This document shows positions 40,908-53,226 of a stretch of 64,000 bases of DNA, in pieces (the first letter of the stretch is position 1; every line of letters starts with the position of its first letter). Made by a program: the position numbers and the translations under genes. Source of the stretch: Burkholderiales bacterium (GTDB lineage Bacteria > Pseudomonadota > Gammaproteobacteria > Burkholderiales > SG8-39); the NCBI GenBank assembly GCA_035651815.1, contig DASRFB010000124.1, forward strand, positions 892 through 64,891, written 5' to 3'. The notes under the pieces are model-generated. The model did no database searches, was not told where the DNA came from, and worked only from the letters and a program-made list of their open reading frames with translations.

Positions 40908-41812
40908 AGCGCGGCGCCGCGGCTCCGTGGCAGCCCGCGGTCGAGGCCGCGATCGCGCGCGCGTGCGGCGCCGCGTTCTCGATACGCGCCCTGCGTCCGG
41001 TCGCCGGCGGCTGCATCCACCGCGCGTTCGTCGTCGAGGGCCTCGTTGCAGAGCAGGTCGCGCGCTGGTTCGTGAAGACCAACGACGCGCCCCACGCCGA
41101 CGGCTTCGCCGCCGAGGCGGACGGGCTCTCGGCAATCCTCGCCGCGGGCGTGCGCGCGCCGCGGCCGCTGTGCCACGGGGCCGACGATGCGCATGCGTGG
41201 ATCGTCATGGAGTTCGTCGAGCTGGCCGGGCCGGGCGATCCCGCGCGGCTGGGCGCGCAGCTCGCGAAGCTCCACGCCGCGCGCGGAGACGCCTTCGGCT
41301 GGCGCCGCGATAACTGGATCGGCGCGACGCCGCAGCGCAACGCCCGAAGCGACGACTGGACCGCGTTCTGGGCGAAGCAGCGCCTCGCGCCGCAGCTCGC
41401 GCTCGCGCGGCGCAACGCTCTCGGAGACGGGCTCGCGCGCTCGGGCGAGCGGCTGCTCGACGTCCTGCCGCGCGTCCTCGCCGGGCATCGTCCGCGAGCG
41501 TCGCTGCTGCACGGCGACCTATGGGGCGGCAACGCGGGCTATCTCGCGGGCGGCGAGCCGATCGTGTTCGATCCGGCGGTGTACTACGGCGACCCGGAAG
41601 CGGACCTCGCGATGACCGAGCTGTTCGGCGGCTTCGCGCCGGCGTTCTATCGCGCCTACCGGGAGATCGTGCCGCCCGAGCCGGGCTACGAGCTGCGGAA
41701 GGATCTGTACAACCTCTACCACGTCCTCAACCACGCCAACCTCTTCGGCGGCGGGTACGCGGCGCAGGCGGAGGCGATGATGCGGCGGCTGCTCGCCGCC
41801 GCCGGAGGCTAG
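40904..41812 (+). CDS. fructosamine/ketosamine-3-kinase family protein
   Basis: About 302 aa from a TTG (TTGA overlap with the kinase stop). LLHGDLWGGN and VFDPAVYYGDPEADLAM motifs typical of the YniA/FN3K family. Confidence 0.8.
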   Translation: MKRGAAAPWQPAVEAAIARACGAAFSIRALRPVAGGCIHRAFVVEGLVAEQVARWFVKTNDAPHADGFAAEADGLSAILAAGVRAPRPLCHGADDAHAWIVMEFVELAGPGDPARLGAQLAKLHAARGDAFGWRRDNWIGATPQRNARSDDWTAFWAKQRLAPQLALARRNALGDGLARSGERLLDVLPRVLAGHRPRASLLHGDLWGGNAGYLAGGEPIVFDPAVYYGDPEADLAMTELFGGFAPAFYRAYREIVPPEPGYELRKDLYNLYHVLNHANLFGGGYAAQAEAMMRRLLAAAGG

Positions 41813-42126
41813 ACCTTCTCCTCGGCGAGCAGCTTCTGCAGCTCGCCCGACTGGTACATCTCGCGCATGATGTCGGAGCCGCCGATGAACTCGCCGCGGA
41901 CATAGAGCTGCGGAATGGTCGGCCAGTTGGCGTAGGCCTTGATCCCCTGGCGGATGTCGGAATCCTGCAGCACGTCGACGGTGAACACCTCGCGCGCTCC
42001 GCAGGCGTTCAGGATCTGGACGGCGGCGGCGGAGAAGCCGCACTGGGGCATCTGCGGCGTGCCCTTCATGTAGAGCACCACCGGGTGCCCGGTGACCTGT
42101 TCCTTGATGCGCTGCTGCACGTCCAT
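41809..42126 (-). CDS. grxD: monothiol glutaredoxin (Grx4 family)
   Basis: 105 aa. PVVLYMKGTPQMPQCGFS (CGFS active site), WPTIPQLYV, GGSDI. Confidence 0.95.
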   Translation of the reverse strand: MDVQQRIKEQVTGHPVVLYMKGTPQMPQCGFSAAAVQILNACGAREVFTVDVLQDSDIRQGIKAYANWPTIPQLYVRGEFIGGSDIMREMYQSGELQKLLAEEKV

Positions 42127-42160
42127 GCCGGCTCCTTCAATACCTGATTGATTTACTCGG

Positions 42161-42190
42161 ATTTTACCGGACCACGCGGGCGCCGGTCAA
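42161..42190 (-). promoter_or_regulatory. putative sigma70 promoter for grxD
   Basis: Minus strand: TTGACC (42190-42185), 18-nt spacer, TAAAAT (42166-42161), followed by a GAAGGAG RBS 6 nt before the ATG. The -35 overlaps the prmC stop codon. Confidence 0.45.
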
Positions 42191-43028
42191 TCGGCCCGCC
42201 GGCCGACGCACACGCGCGCGTGACCCGACAGGTCGCTGAAATCCTGCAGCTCCGCATAGCCGGAGTCGGCGAGAAGCTCGCGGCACGCTCGCTCCTGGTC
42301 GTAGCCGTGCTCGAGCAGCAGCCAGCCGCGCGGGGCGAGGCGCGCACGCGCCTCGCGTGCGAGGCGCCGGATGCAATCGAGGCCGTCGCGGCCGCCGTCG
42401 AGCGCGCCGCGCGGCTCGAAGCGCAGGTCGCCGCGCCCCAGGTGCGGATCGCCCGAGGCGACGTACGGCGGATTCGAAACGATCATCTCGAAGCGCTCCG
42501 CCGGGTCCACCGCCGCGAGCCAGTCGCCGAGCGCGAAGCTCACCGCCGCGCCGTGCGCGCGCGCATTGGCGCGCGCGATCTCCAGCGCCTCGGCGCGGAC
42601 GTCGCTCGCGACCACGCGCGCCCGCGGACGCTCGCGCGCGAGGGCGATCGCGACGGCTCCGCTCCCGGTCCCCAGGTCGAGGACGGCGGGCTCGCCCGTT
42701 TCGGGGAGCAGCGCGAGCGCGCGCTCGACCAGGAGCTCGGTCTCGGGTCGCGGGATGAGGACCGCCGGGGCGACGCGAAGCGCGAGCCCCCAGAACTCGC
42801 GCTCGCCGACGATATACGCGACCGGCTCGCCCGACGCGCGCCGCTCGACGAGCGCGGCGAAGCGCTGCTCGTGCGCGGGCGAGAGCGGGCGCTCGGCATG
42901 CGCCACGAGCTGCCCGCGCGCCACGCCGAGCGCGTGCGCGAGCAGCACACGCGCCTCGGCCGCGTCGATGCGCCGGGCCGCCGCCTGCAGCGCGGACCCG
43001 AGCGTGACCGCCTCGCGCAACGCGGCGC

Positions 43029-43032
<4 letters not shown>
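42187..43032 (-). CDS. prmC: release-factor glutamine N5-methyltransferase
   Basis: 281 aa. SAM motif [13 protein letters not shown] and catalytic IVSNPPY. Follows prfA with a 4-nt overlap. Confidence 0.92.
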
Positions 43033-44111
<1,079 letters not shown>

Positions 44112-44129
44112 GACGGCGCCGCGGGAGCC

Positions 44130-45371
44130 TCAGTCACGCGTGCCCAGCTGGTAGATTCGCGCCAGGAGCTGCTCGAGCGCCTCGTCGCCTCCCTGATTGA
44201 GGGCCCGCGTGGGCGCGTGCATCAGCTTGTTGGTGAGCGCCTGGGACAGGGATTCGACGACCGTCCTCGGATCTTCGCCGCGCTCGAGCCGGGCGAGCGC
44301 GCGCTCGAGCTCGAGCTGGCGCGCTGCTTCGGCGTTGTCGCGCAGCTGGCGGATCAGCGGCACGGACTCGCGGGCGCGCATCCAGTGCAGGAAAGAGCCG
44401 ACCTGCGACTCGATGATCCCCTCGGCCTGCGCGACCGCCGCCTGACGAGAGTCGACGCCTTCCTGCACGGTGGCGGCGAGATCGTCCACGGTGTACAGGA
44501 ACACGTCGTCCATCGCCCCGACCTCGGGCTCGATGTCCCGCGGCACGGCGAGGTCCATCATGAACACGGGCCGATGCCTGCGCGCGCGCACGGTCCGTTC
44601 CATGATGCCTTTGCCGATGATCGGCAGCGAGCTCGCCGTGCACGAGACGATGATGTCGTACTCGGGCAGATGCTCGGGAAGGTCGCGCAGCAGCAGCGGC
44701 TTGGCGTTGAAGCGGCGCGACAGCGCCTCGGCGCGCTCGAGCGTCCGGTTCGCGACGGCGATCGCGCGCGGCCGCTGGGCGGCGAAATGGGTCGCGGCGA
44801 GCTCGATCATGTCGCCGGCGCCGATGAAGAGCACCTTCTGCTCCGAAAGGCTCGGGAAGATCCGGGCTGCGAGCTTGACCGCGGCCGCGGCCATCGACAC
44901 GACGTTCGCCCCGATACCGGTGTTGCTGCGCACTTCCTTCGCCACCGCGAAGGAATGCTGGAACAGCTTGTGCAGCGTGGAGCCGAGCGTGCCCGCGGCC
45001 TGCGCCGCGCGCACCGCATCCTTCATCTGTCCCAGGATCTGCGGCTCGCCCAGCACCATCGAGTCGAGCCCGGCGGCGACGCGAAACGCGTGGCGCACGG
45101 CGTCCGCCTGCGGCAGCGTGTAGACGAAGGGCTCGAGCTCGCGCGCTTCGACGCTGTGATAGCCGGCGAGCCACTCGAGCGCTGCGCCCGGATCGCCCGC
45201 GGCGCAATAGAGCTCGGTGCGATTGCAGGTCGACAGGATCGCGGCCTCGCGGACCGGCTGGTGCACGAGCTCGGCGAGCGCGGACTGCAGACGCTCGGCC
45301 GCGAACACCACGCGCTCGCGCATGGAAAGCGGCGCGGTCTGGTGGTTCAGGCCGACCGTGAACAGCTGCAT
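44130..45371 (-). CDS. hemA: glutamyl-tRNA reductase
   Basis: 413 aa. [33 protein letters not shown] motif [12 protein letters not shown]. hemA-prfA-prmC order as in E. coli. Confidence 0.96.
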   Translation of the reverse strand: MQLFTVGLNHQTAPLSMRERVVFAAERLQSALAELVHQPVREAAILSTCNRTELYCAAGDPGAALEWLAGYHSVEARELEPFVYTLPQADAVRHAFRVAAGLDSMVLGEPQILGQMKDAVRAAQAAGTLGSTLHKLFQHSFAVAKEVRSNTGIGANVVSMAAAAVKLAARIFPSLSEQKVLFIGAGDMIELAATHFAAQRPRAIAVANRTLERAEALSRRFNAKPLLLRDLPEHLPEYDIIVSCTASSLPIIGKGIMERTVRARRHRPVFMMDLAVPRDIEPEVGAMDDVFLYTVDDLAATVQEGVDSRQAAVAQAEGIIESQVGSFLHWMRARESVPLIRQLRDNAEAARQLELERALARLERGEDPRTVVESLSQALTNKLMHAPTRALNQGGDEALEQLLARIYQLGTRD

Positions 45372-45392
45372 AAGAGCCTAATTATAGGGCGA

Positions 45393-46340
45393 TCAGCCGC
45401 CCTCGGCCTGCAGCGTGACGACGCGGTTGCGGCCGAGCTTCTTCGCCTGGTAGAGGGCCTGGTCCGCAGCCGCGATGAGGCGCTCGGGATCCCCGTCCAT
45501 CGCCGGAAGCAGGCCGGCCACGCCGATGCTCACGGTCACGTGGCGGGCGATGGCGGAATGCTCGTGCGCGATCTCGACCTGCTCGATGGCGGCCCGCACC
45601 GATTCGGCCACCTGCGCGGCGCCGCCCGCGGCCGTCTCGGGCAGTACCAGCGCGAACTCCTCGCCGCCGTAGCGCGCCGCGAGGTCCGCGGGCCGGCGGC
45701 ACGCCGCCTGCAGCACGCGCGCCACCTGGCGCAGGCATTCGTCGCCCGCCTGGTGACCGTAGTGATCGTTGTAGGCCTTGAAAAAATCGACGTCGCACAG
45801 CGCGAGCGACAGCTCCTGCTTGGAACGGCGCGCGCGCGACATCTCGTCGGAGAGGAAGGTATCGAAATAGCGGCGGTTGGCGAGCTCGGTCAGCCCGTCC
45901 TGCCGCGACATGCGCTCGAGCGCGCGGTTCGCCGCGCTCAGCTCCGCGGACACCTTGAGCAGCCGCCGGCGCATGTCGTCGATGCGCTGCATCGCATGGA
46001 TCTTCGCGTGCAGCACGACGTAGCTCGCCGGCTTGATCAGATAGTCGTCGCCGCCGGCGCGGATGCCGCGCTCGAGGTGCTGCTCCTCGGAGGCGCCGCT
46101 CAGGAAGATGATGGGAACCCAGTCCTCGGGATAGCGCGTGCGCAGCTGCTGCGCGGCCGCGTAGCCGTCCATGACGGGCATGGTGACGTCCATCAGCACC
46201 AGATCGGGGCGCTCGCGCTCGTACGCGGCGAGCGCGAGCTCACCGTTCTCGGCCATGGTGACCGTGTGCCCCATCTTCTCCAGCATCTGGCTTGTGCCCG
46301 CCCGGATGGTGGGCGAATCATCGACCAGCAGGATCTTCAT
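45393..46340 (-). CDS. response regulator with GGDEF diguanylate cyclase output
   Basis: 315 aa. REC (KILLVDDS...LVLMDVTMPVMDGY) plus GGDEF domain with active-site GGEEF and an RxxD I-site (RPAD) five residues upstream. Confidence 0.9.
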   Translation of the reverse strand: MKILLVDDSPTIRAGTSQMLEKMGHTVTMAENGELALAAYERERPDLVLMDVTMPVMDGYAAAQQLRTRYPEDWVPIIFLSGASEEQHLERGIRAGGDDYLIKPASYVVLHAKIHAMQRIDDMRRRLLKVSAELSAANRALERMSRQDGLTELANRRYFDTFLSDEMSRARRSKQELSLALCDVDFFKAYNDHYGHQAGDECLRQVARVLQAACRRPADLAARYGGEEFALVLPETAAGGAAQVAESVRAAIEQVEIAHEHSAIARHVTVSIGVAGLLPAMDGDPERLIAAADQALYQAKKLGRNRVVTLQAEGG

Positions 46341-46357
46341 GAGGCCCTAAGAAATAT

Positions 46358-46433
<76 letters not shown>

Positions 46434-46448
46434 GCGAAAGGAGCGCGG

Positions 46449-46478
46449 ATTATAAGGGGGAAGGCGGGGACGAGCCAA
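46449..46478 (-). promoter_or_regulatory. putative sigma70 promoter for tRNA-Phe
   Basis: Minus strand: TTGGCT (46478-46473), 18-nt spacer, perfect TATAAT (46454-46449), then a GC-rich discriminator CCGCGC. The tRNA 5' end is 15 nt downstream. Confidence 0.5.
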
Positions 46479-46513
46479 GAAAGCCGGGCGAATCAGGCGC
46501 GCGCGGTATCGGG

Positions 46514-46551
46514 AAAGAAAAAGCCCGCCACGAGGGCGGGCTTTTCGTTTT
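46514..46551 (-). terminator. rho-independent terminator downstream of the MFS transporter gene (bidirectional architecture)
   Basis: Stem AAGCCCGCC / GGCGGGCTT with a 5-nt loop, flanked by an A-run and a T-run. Lies 16 nt beyond the transporter stop codon. Confidence 0.75.
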
Positions 46552-46566
46552 CGGGCACGCGGCCCG

Positions 46567-47895
46567 TCAAGCTTTCGCCCTCTGCGGCTCCCAGATGCTG
46601 ATACGCCGCGTCTCCGGCATCAGGAACAGCGCGAGCACGAAGCAGACCGCCGGCACCGCGATCGGATAGATCAGCGCGTTGCCGAGGTTCCCCGTCGCCT
46701 GGAAGGCGGCCGACGTGATGAACGGCACGAGTCCGCCGCCCCAGCCGTTGCCGATGTGATACGGGACCGACACCGACGTGTAGCGGATCCGCCCGGGAAA
46801 GTATTCGGCCAGGAACGCCCCGATCGGCCCGTACACCATGCCGACGTACGACACCAGGATGGCGACGATCAGCACCGCGACCGGCCAGTTGAGGGCGCCC
46901 GGCTTGGTGACCATGCCGAGCCACGAGTACAGCGGATAGTAAGTCAGCGCGGCCAGCAGGAAGCCCGCGAGGATCACGGGCTTGCGCCCGATGATGTCGG
47001 AGAGCCAGCCGAAAAAGATAAGCGTCGGCGTCCCGAGGATCAGCCCGCCTCCGACGATGTAGGCCGTCGTCAGCGGATCGAGCTTAGAGACTTGCTGCAT
47101 GAAGTACAGCGCCCAGAACTGCCCGCTGTACCACACGACGCCCTCGCCGATCACCACGATGCTCGCGATCAGCACGAATTTGATGTTCGAGCTGAGGAAT
47201 GCCTCCTTCCACGGATTCGCCGCCATCTGCCCCTTGGCCTTGATCTCGGCGAAGATCGGCGTCTCCTGCAGCTGCAGCCGGATCCAGATGGCGATCGCGA
47301 CCAGCAGGAAGGAAAGCAGGAACGGAACGCGCCAAGCCCAAGCTTCGAAGGTCTCGTTGCCGAAATACGTCCGGCAGCCGATGATCACCGCGAGCGAGAC
47401 GACGATGCCGAGCGTGGGAGAGGTCTGGAGCCAGCCGGTGTAGTAGCCGCGGCGCTCGTCCGACACGTGCTCGGCGACGTAGGTGATGGCGCCGCCGTAT
47501 TCGCCGCCCAGGCACAAGCCCTGGAGCATGCGCAGGAAGAAAAGGATGAAGGCCGCGGACAGGCCGATGTCCTGGAAGGTCGGGATCAGGCCGATGCAGC
47601 CGGTGCCGATTCCCATGCCGGTCAGGGTGACGAGGAAGGTGTACTTGCGGCCGACCCGGTCGCCCAGCCATCCGAAGACGAACGCTCCCAGGGGACGGAT
47701 GAGGAAGCCGGCGGTGAACAGCGCGATCGTGCTGAGCAGCGCCGCCACGGGGTGCGTCTTGTCGAAGAACTTCACCGCCAGGATCGACGCCAAGCTGCCG
47801 AAGATGTAGAAGTCGTACCACTCGATGACGTTGCCCACTGCAGCGGCCACGATCACCGTCCGGAAATTCTTCGGGACCTGTTGCGGACCAGCCAT
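46567..47895 (-). CDS. MFS metabolite:H+ symporter (ProP/KgtP/ShiA-like)
   Basis: 442 aa, about 12 TM helices. MHS signature VGNVIEWYDFYIFG...RPLGAFVFGWLGDRVGRK. GAAGGAGGGG RBS upstream. Confidence 0.88.
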   Translation of the reverse strand: MAGPQQVPKNFRTVIVAAAVGNVIEWYDFYIFGSLASILAVKFFDKTHPVAALLSTIALFTAGFLIRPLGAFVFGWLGDRVGRKYTFLVTLTGMGIGTGCIGLIPTFQDIGLSAAFILFFLRMLQGLCLGGEYGGAITYVAEHVSDERRGYYTGWLQTSPTLGIVVSLAVIIGCRTYFGNETFEAWAWRVPFLLSFLLVAIAIWIRLQLQETPIFAEIKAKGQMAANPWKEAFLSSNIKFVLIASIVVIGEGVVWYSGQFWALYFMQQVSKLDPLTTAYIVGGGLILGTPTLIFFGWLSDIIGRKPVILAGFLLAALTYYPLYSWLGMVTKPGALNWPVAVLIVAILVSYVGMVYGPIGAFLAEYFPGRIRYTSVSVPYHIGNGWGGGLVPFITSAAFQATGNLGNALIYPIAVPAVCFVLALFLMPETRRISIWEPQRAKA

Positions 47896-48033
47896 AGTTA
47901 CCCCTCCTTCGTTGTTCTACATAGTTGGCTACTGCGAGATGCTCTCCCGCGCGCTCTAGTACGACACCGCTGAAGGCGCTGCCTGATTCGGGTTAACCCG
48001 GTTGCAGTGTAACAGATGACCGAGGGGACAAAC

Positions 48034-48060
48034 AAAAAGCCCCGCCGGAGCGGGGCTTTT
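48034..48060 (-). terminator. rho-independent terminator of groESL
   Basis: AAAAGCCCCGC-CGGA-GCGGGGCTTTT perfect hairpin 23 nt beyond the groEL stop. The minus strand continues TTTTTGTTTGT. Confidence 0.85.
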
Positions 48061-48082
48061 CGTGGAACCGGGACGTCCGGTC

Positions 48083-49741
<1,659 letters not shown>

Positions 49742-49768
49742 TCACTCCTGATCGATGAATTGTTGGAC

Positions 49769-50071
49769 TTACTTGCTGGCGACGACGCCCATGATGTCGT
49801 CTTCGCGCATCACCAGGTATTCGGTGCCCTCGACCTTGACCGACTGGCCGGAGTACTTGCCGAAGAGGATGCGGTCGCCCACTTTCACGTCGAGCGGACG
49901 CACCTTGCCGTCCTCGAGGATCTTGCCGTTGCCGACGGCGACGACTTCGCCCTGGTCGGGCTTCTCGGCGGCGTTGTCGGGGATCACGATGCCGCCGGCG
50001 GATTTCTGCTCCTGCTCGAGCCGCTTGACGACCACGCGATCGTGCAGAGGACGAATCTTGTTCATGGACAT
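49769..50071 (-). CDS. groS: co-chaperonin GroES
   Basis: 100 aa ([17 protein letters not shown]...). AGGAGG 7 nt upstream of this ATG. The maximal ORF extends to 50104. Confidence 0.97.
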   Translation of the reverse strand: MSMNKIRPLHDRVVVKRLEQEQKSAGGIVIPDNAAEKPDQGEVVAVGNGKILEDGKVRPLDVKVGDRILFGKYSGQSVKVEGTEYLVMREDDIMGVVASK

Positions 50072-50153
50072 ACAATTGCCTCCTTGATGAGTTAGTGGCC
50101 ACAAACAGACAGATCAACGTCGATTGGGCCGGGAAATCAGGCGCTACAGTGCT

Positions 50154-50180
50154 TTAGCACTCATCCGTAGCGAGTGCTAA
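50154..50180. promoter_or_regulatory. CIRCE operator (HrcA binding site)
   Basis: TTAGCACTC-atccgtagc-GAGTGCTAA is an exact match to the CIRCE consensus TTAGCACTC-N9-GAGTGCTAA. It lies 83-109 nt upstream of the groES ATG. Confidence 0.9.
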
Positions 50181-50208
50181 TAATACGGTTCGACGGGCGA
50201 GATTTCAA
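50180..50208 (-). promoter_or_regulatory. sigma70-type promoter of groESL
   Basis: Minus strand: TTGAAA (50208-50203), 17-nt spacer, TATTAT (50185-50180). The -10 abuts and overlaps CIRCE, so the predicted transcription start falls inside the operator. Confidence 0.6.
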
Positions 50209-50281
50209 GAGCCCCGAACGGATTTGCCGGTCGGTGCCGCTTGAATTGCCGGGCGCCCGGCGACATCTAACCGGGACCGCC

Positions 50282-51229
50282 ATGAAGTACAAGGACTACT
50301 ACGCCGTCCTCGGCGTCGAGCGCACGGCCTCCCAGGACGACATCAAGAAGGCCTACCGCCGGCTCGCCCGCAAATACCACCCCGACGTCTCCAAGAAGCG
50401 CGACGCCGAGGAGCGGTTCAAGGAAGTCGCCGAGGCCTACGAGACGCTGAAGGATCCGGAGAAACGGGCGGCCTACGACCAGCTGGGGAGCCACCAGGCC
50501 GGCCAGGAGTTTCGTCCGCCGCCCGATTGGGAAACCCGCTTCAGCCCGGGCGGATTCGAGGATCTCGACCTGGCCGACTTGTTCGCCCACTTCGGCGCCC
50601 GGCCCGGCCGCGGCTTTTCGGGCCGAAGGAGCGCAGACTTCGCCATCCCCGGCGAGGATTACGAGGTCGAGGCCAGGCTGTCCCTCGAGGACGCGGCTCG
50701 CGGAACCGAGCTCGCCCTGCAGCTCGCGATGCCCGAGATCGGCCCCGACGGCGTGCGCCGGCGCTCGCCGAAGACGGTACGGGTGCGGGTGCCGAAGGGC
50801 GCGACCGAGGGCGAGAGGCTGCGCATCCCGGGCAGGGGCGGACCCGGCGCGAACGGCGGGCCTGCCGGCGATCTCTACCTCGACATCCGCCTCGAGCCGC
50901 ACCCGCTGTTCCGGGTATCGGGGCACGACCTTTACCTCGAGCTGCCGCTCGCGCCCTGGGAGGCCGTGCTCGGGACCCAGGTCGAGATCCCGACCCTCGA
51001 CGGCCGCATCTCGCTCTCGGTGAAGCCCGGCGCGAAATCCGGCCAGAAGCTGCGTATTCCGGGCCGCGGGCTTCCGCGCCCGCAGGGAGCGGGCGGTGAT
51101 CTCTACTGCGTGCTCTCGATCGTGACGCCCCCCGACCCCGGCGAGCGCGAGCGATCGCTGTACCGCGAGCTCGCGGCGGCATCGCACTTCGATCCGCGCC
51201 GGCATCTGAAAAAAGGCGAGCCGGCATGA
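50282..51229 (+). CDS. cbpA: curved-DNA-binding protein CbpA (DnaJ-class co-chaperone without zinc finger)
   Basis: 315 aa. J domain KDYYAVLGV...[12 protein letters not shown], no Cys-rich region, DnaJ_C repeats. Followed by cbpM. Confidence 0.88.
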   Translation: MKYKDYYAVLGVERTASQDDIKKAYRRLARKYHPDVSKKRDAEERFKEVAEAYETLKDPEKRAAYDQLGSHQAGQEFRPPPDWETRFSPGGFEDLDLADLFAHFGARPGRGFSGRRSADFAIPGEDYEVEARLSLEDAARGTELALQLAMPEIGPDGVRRRSPKTVRVRVPKGATEGERLRIPGRGGPGANGGPAGDLYLDIRLEPHPLFRVSGHDLYLELPLAPWEAVLGTQVEIPTLDGRISLSVKPGAKSGQKLRIPGRGLPRPQGAGGDLYCVLSIVTPPDPGERERSLYRELAAASHFDPRRHLKKGEPA

Positions 51230-51552
51230 GCGACGATGCGATCCTGCAGTTTCTCGACGAGGCGACCGAGGTCGCAATGGACGAGCTGCTCGCTGCATCC
51301 GGGCTCGCGCGCGCCGAGCTGCTCGAGCTGGTCGAGCTCGGCGTCTTCGATCTCCGTCCCGGAGCGCGCCCCGCGGATCAGGCGAGCTGGCGCTTCTCGT
51401 CGCGGGCGATCCGGCTCGGACGCCGGGCGGCCCGCCTGCGCGACGACTTCGGCCTGAACGCGCCCGGGATGGCGCTCGCGCTCGCGTACCTCGATCGCAT
51501 CGAGGCCCTCGAGCGGCGCCTGCGCGAGCTCGAGTGCCAGCTGCTGCGCTGA
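51226..51552 (+). CDS. cbpM: chaperone modulator CbpM (MerR_2-like)
   Basis: 108 aa. ATGA overlap with the cbpA stop. C-terminal [23 protein letters not shown] typical of CbpM. Confidence 0.8.
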   Translation: MSDDAILQFLDEATEVAMDELLAASGLARAELLELVELGVFDLRPGARPADQASWRFSSRAIRLGRRAARLRDDFGLNAPGMALALAYLDRIEALERRLRELECQLLR

Positions 51553-51599
51553 GGCCGACCTCGCCCGGCGTGCGGGCGTGCTGGCATACTTGCCTCCAC

Positions 51600-53123
51600 A
51601 TGAGGCGGTCCGGCACGCGCCGCGCGCTCGCGCGGTCGTTCATCCTGGCGTTCCTGGCGCTCGCGTCGAGCATGGCGGGCGCGGCCGAGCCCGCGCGCCT
51701 TCCCGCGACGCTGCGCAAGGCCCTCGGCGCGGCCGGTATCCCGGGCGCCGCGACGGCGGTCTACGTCCAGGACGTCGCCGCGCGCACGCCGATGCTCTCG
51801 TACAACGCTTCGCGGCCGATGAACCCGGCCTCGGCCGCGAAGCTCGTGACGACGTACGCGGCGCTCGAGATGCTCGGTCCTTCCTTCACCTGGAAGACCG
51901 AGGCGTACGCCGACGGGCCGACGCGGGGCGACGTTCTCGACGGTGACCTGGTGCTGCGCGGCACGGGCGATCCGAAGCTCACGATCGAGAATTTCTGGCT
52001 GCTGCTGCGCGCGCTGCGCGAGCGCGGGCTGCGCGAGATCCGCGGCGATCTCGTCCTCGACCGCGGCTACTTCGCCGCCGGGCCCTACGATCCCGGAAAA
52101 TTCGACAACGAGCCCGCGCGCGCGTACAACGTCGGCCCGGACGCGCTGCTCGTGAACTTCAACGCGATCCGCTTCCATTTCGTCCCGGACCTGGAAAGCA
52201 AGTCGCTGCGCGTGATCCCGGAGCCCCGCCCGGCACAGCTCGAGCTGCGCGCCCCGGTGGCCTTGTCCGACGCGCCGTGCGGCGACTGGCGCTCGCAGAT
52301 CAAAGCGCAATTCGAGTCGAACGACGCGAGCGCCCGCGTGACTTTCGGCGGCACCTATCCCGCCGCGTGCGGCGAGAACACCTGGAACGTCGCCCTGCTC
52401 TCGCACGACTCCTACGTCTGGGGCCTGTTCCGGGAGCTGTGGCAGGAGCTCGGTGGCTCGTTCAAGGGCGGCGTGCGCGGCGGCACCGTTCCGCCCGGCG
52501 CGCGCCTGCTCTACAGCGCCGAGTCGCCGCCGCTCTCGGAAGTCGTGCGCGACATCAACAAGTTCTCCAACAACGTGATGGCGCGCCAGCTGTTCCTCAC
52601 CTTGTCGGCCGAGGCGCTGCACGTGCCCGGCGGCGAGCGTCTGTCCGAGCGACTGGTCCGGGACTGGGCCCTGCGCAAGGGCATCGCCGCCGATGAGATC
52701 GCCCTGGAGAACGGCGCCGGCCTGTCGCGCAGCGACCGCATCAGCGCGATGACGTTCGGCAAGCTGCTCGTCGCGGCCTGGCACAGCCCGGTCATGGCCG
52801 AGCTCGTCGCGTCGATGCCCGTCGTCGCCGCCGACGGCACCATGCGCAGGCGCCTGCACGGGACGGACGTCGCCGGGCAGGCGCACGTCAAGACGGGAAC
52901 GCTCGCCGGCGTGCGCACCCTCGCGGGTTACGTGCTCGCGCGCGACGGCCGCAGGTTCGTCGTCGTATTCCTGATCAACCATCCGAACGCCGCCGCCGCC
53001 GAGGCGGCGCAGGACCAGCTGCTGCGCTGGGTCTACGACGCCGGCCGCGGCGCGGCGCGCCCGACCGCACGTGGCAAGCGAGCCGCGTATCGATCCGAGG
53101 ACCGACCGCAAATCCGCGAATAA
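51600..53123 (+). CDS. dacB: D-alanyl-D-alanine carboxypeptidase/endopeptidase (PBP4, peptidase S13)
   Basis: 507 aa from the internal ATG with a signal peptide. SxxK (NPASAAKL), SNN (FSNNVMA) and KTG (HVKTGTL) motifs. Confidence 0.9.
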   Translation: MRRSGTRRALARSFILAFLALASSMAGAAEPARLPATLRKALGAAGIPGAATAVYVQDVAARTPMLSYNASRPMNPASAAKLVTTYAALEMLGPSFTWKTEAYADGPTRGDVLDGDLVLRGTGDPKLTIENFWLLLRALRERGLREIRGDLVLDRGYFAAGPYDPGKFDNEPARAYNVGPDALLVNFNAIRFHFVPDLESKSLRVIPEPRPAQLELRAPVALSDAPCGDWRSQIKAQFESNDASARVTFGGTYPAACGENTWNVALLSHDSYVWGLFRELWQELGGSFKGGVRGGTVPPGARLLYSAESPPLSEVVRDINKFSNNVMARQLFLTLSAEALHVPGGERLSERLVRDWALRKGIAADEIALENGAGLSRSDRISAMTFGKLLVAAWHSPVMAELVASMPVVAADGTMRRRLHGTDVAGQAHVKTGTLAGVRTLAGYVLARDGRRFVVVFLINHPNAAAAEAAQDQLLRWVYDAGRGAARPTARGKRAAYRSEDRPQIRE

Positions 53124-53226
53124 TTCGCTCCCGCGGGGCTCGTTTGTTGCTCCGGCGTTTCCCTATGCGATATCATCGGTCGGTCGAGGCAGACACGTTT
53201 TCAACGCCAACGAATCAGGGAGCCCG

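Noticed and set aside
50180-50215. Sigma32 heat-shock promoter at groES, suggested by a CTTGAAA -35-like heptamer.
   Set aside because: The region 13-15 nt downstream (ACCGTATT) does not resemble the CCCCATnT -10. The same bases fit a sigma70 TTGAAA-17-TATTAT promoter much better.
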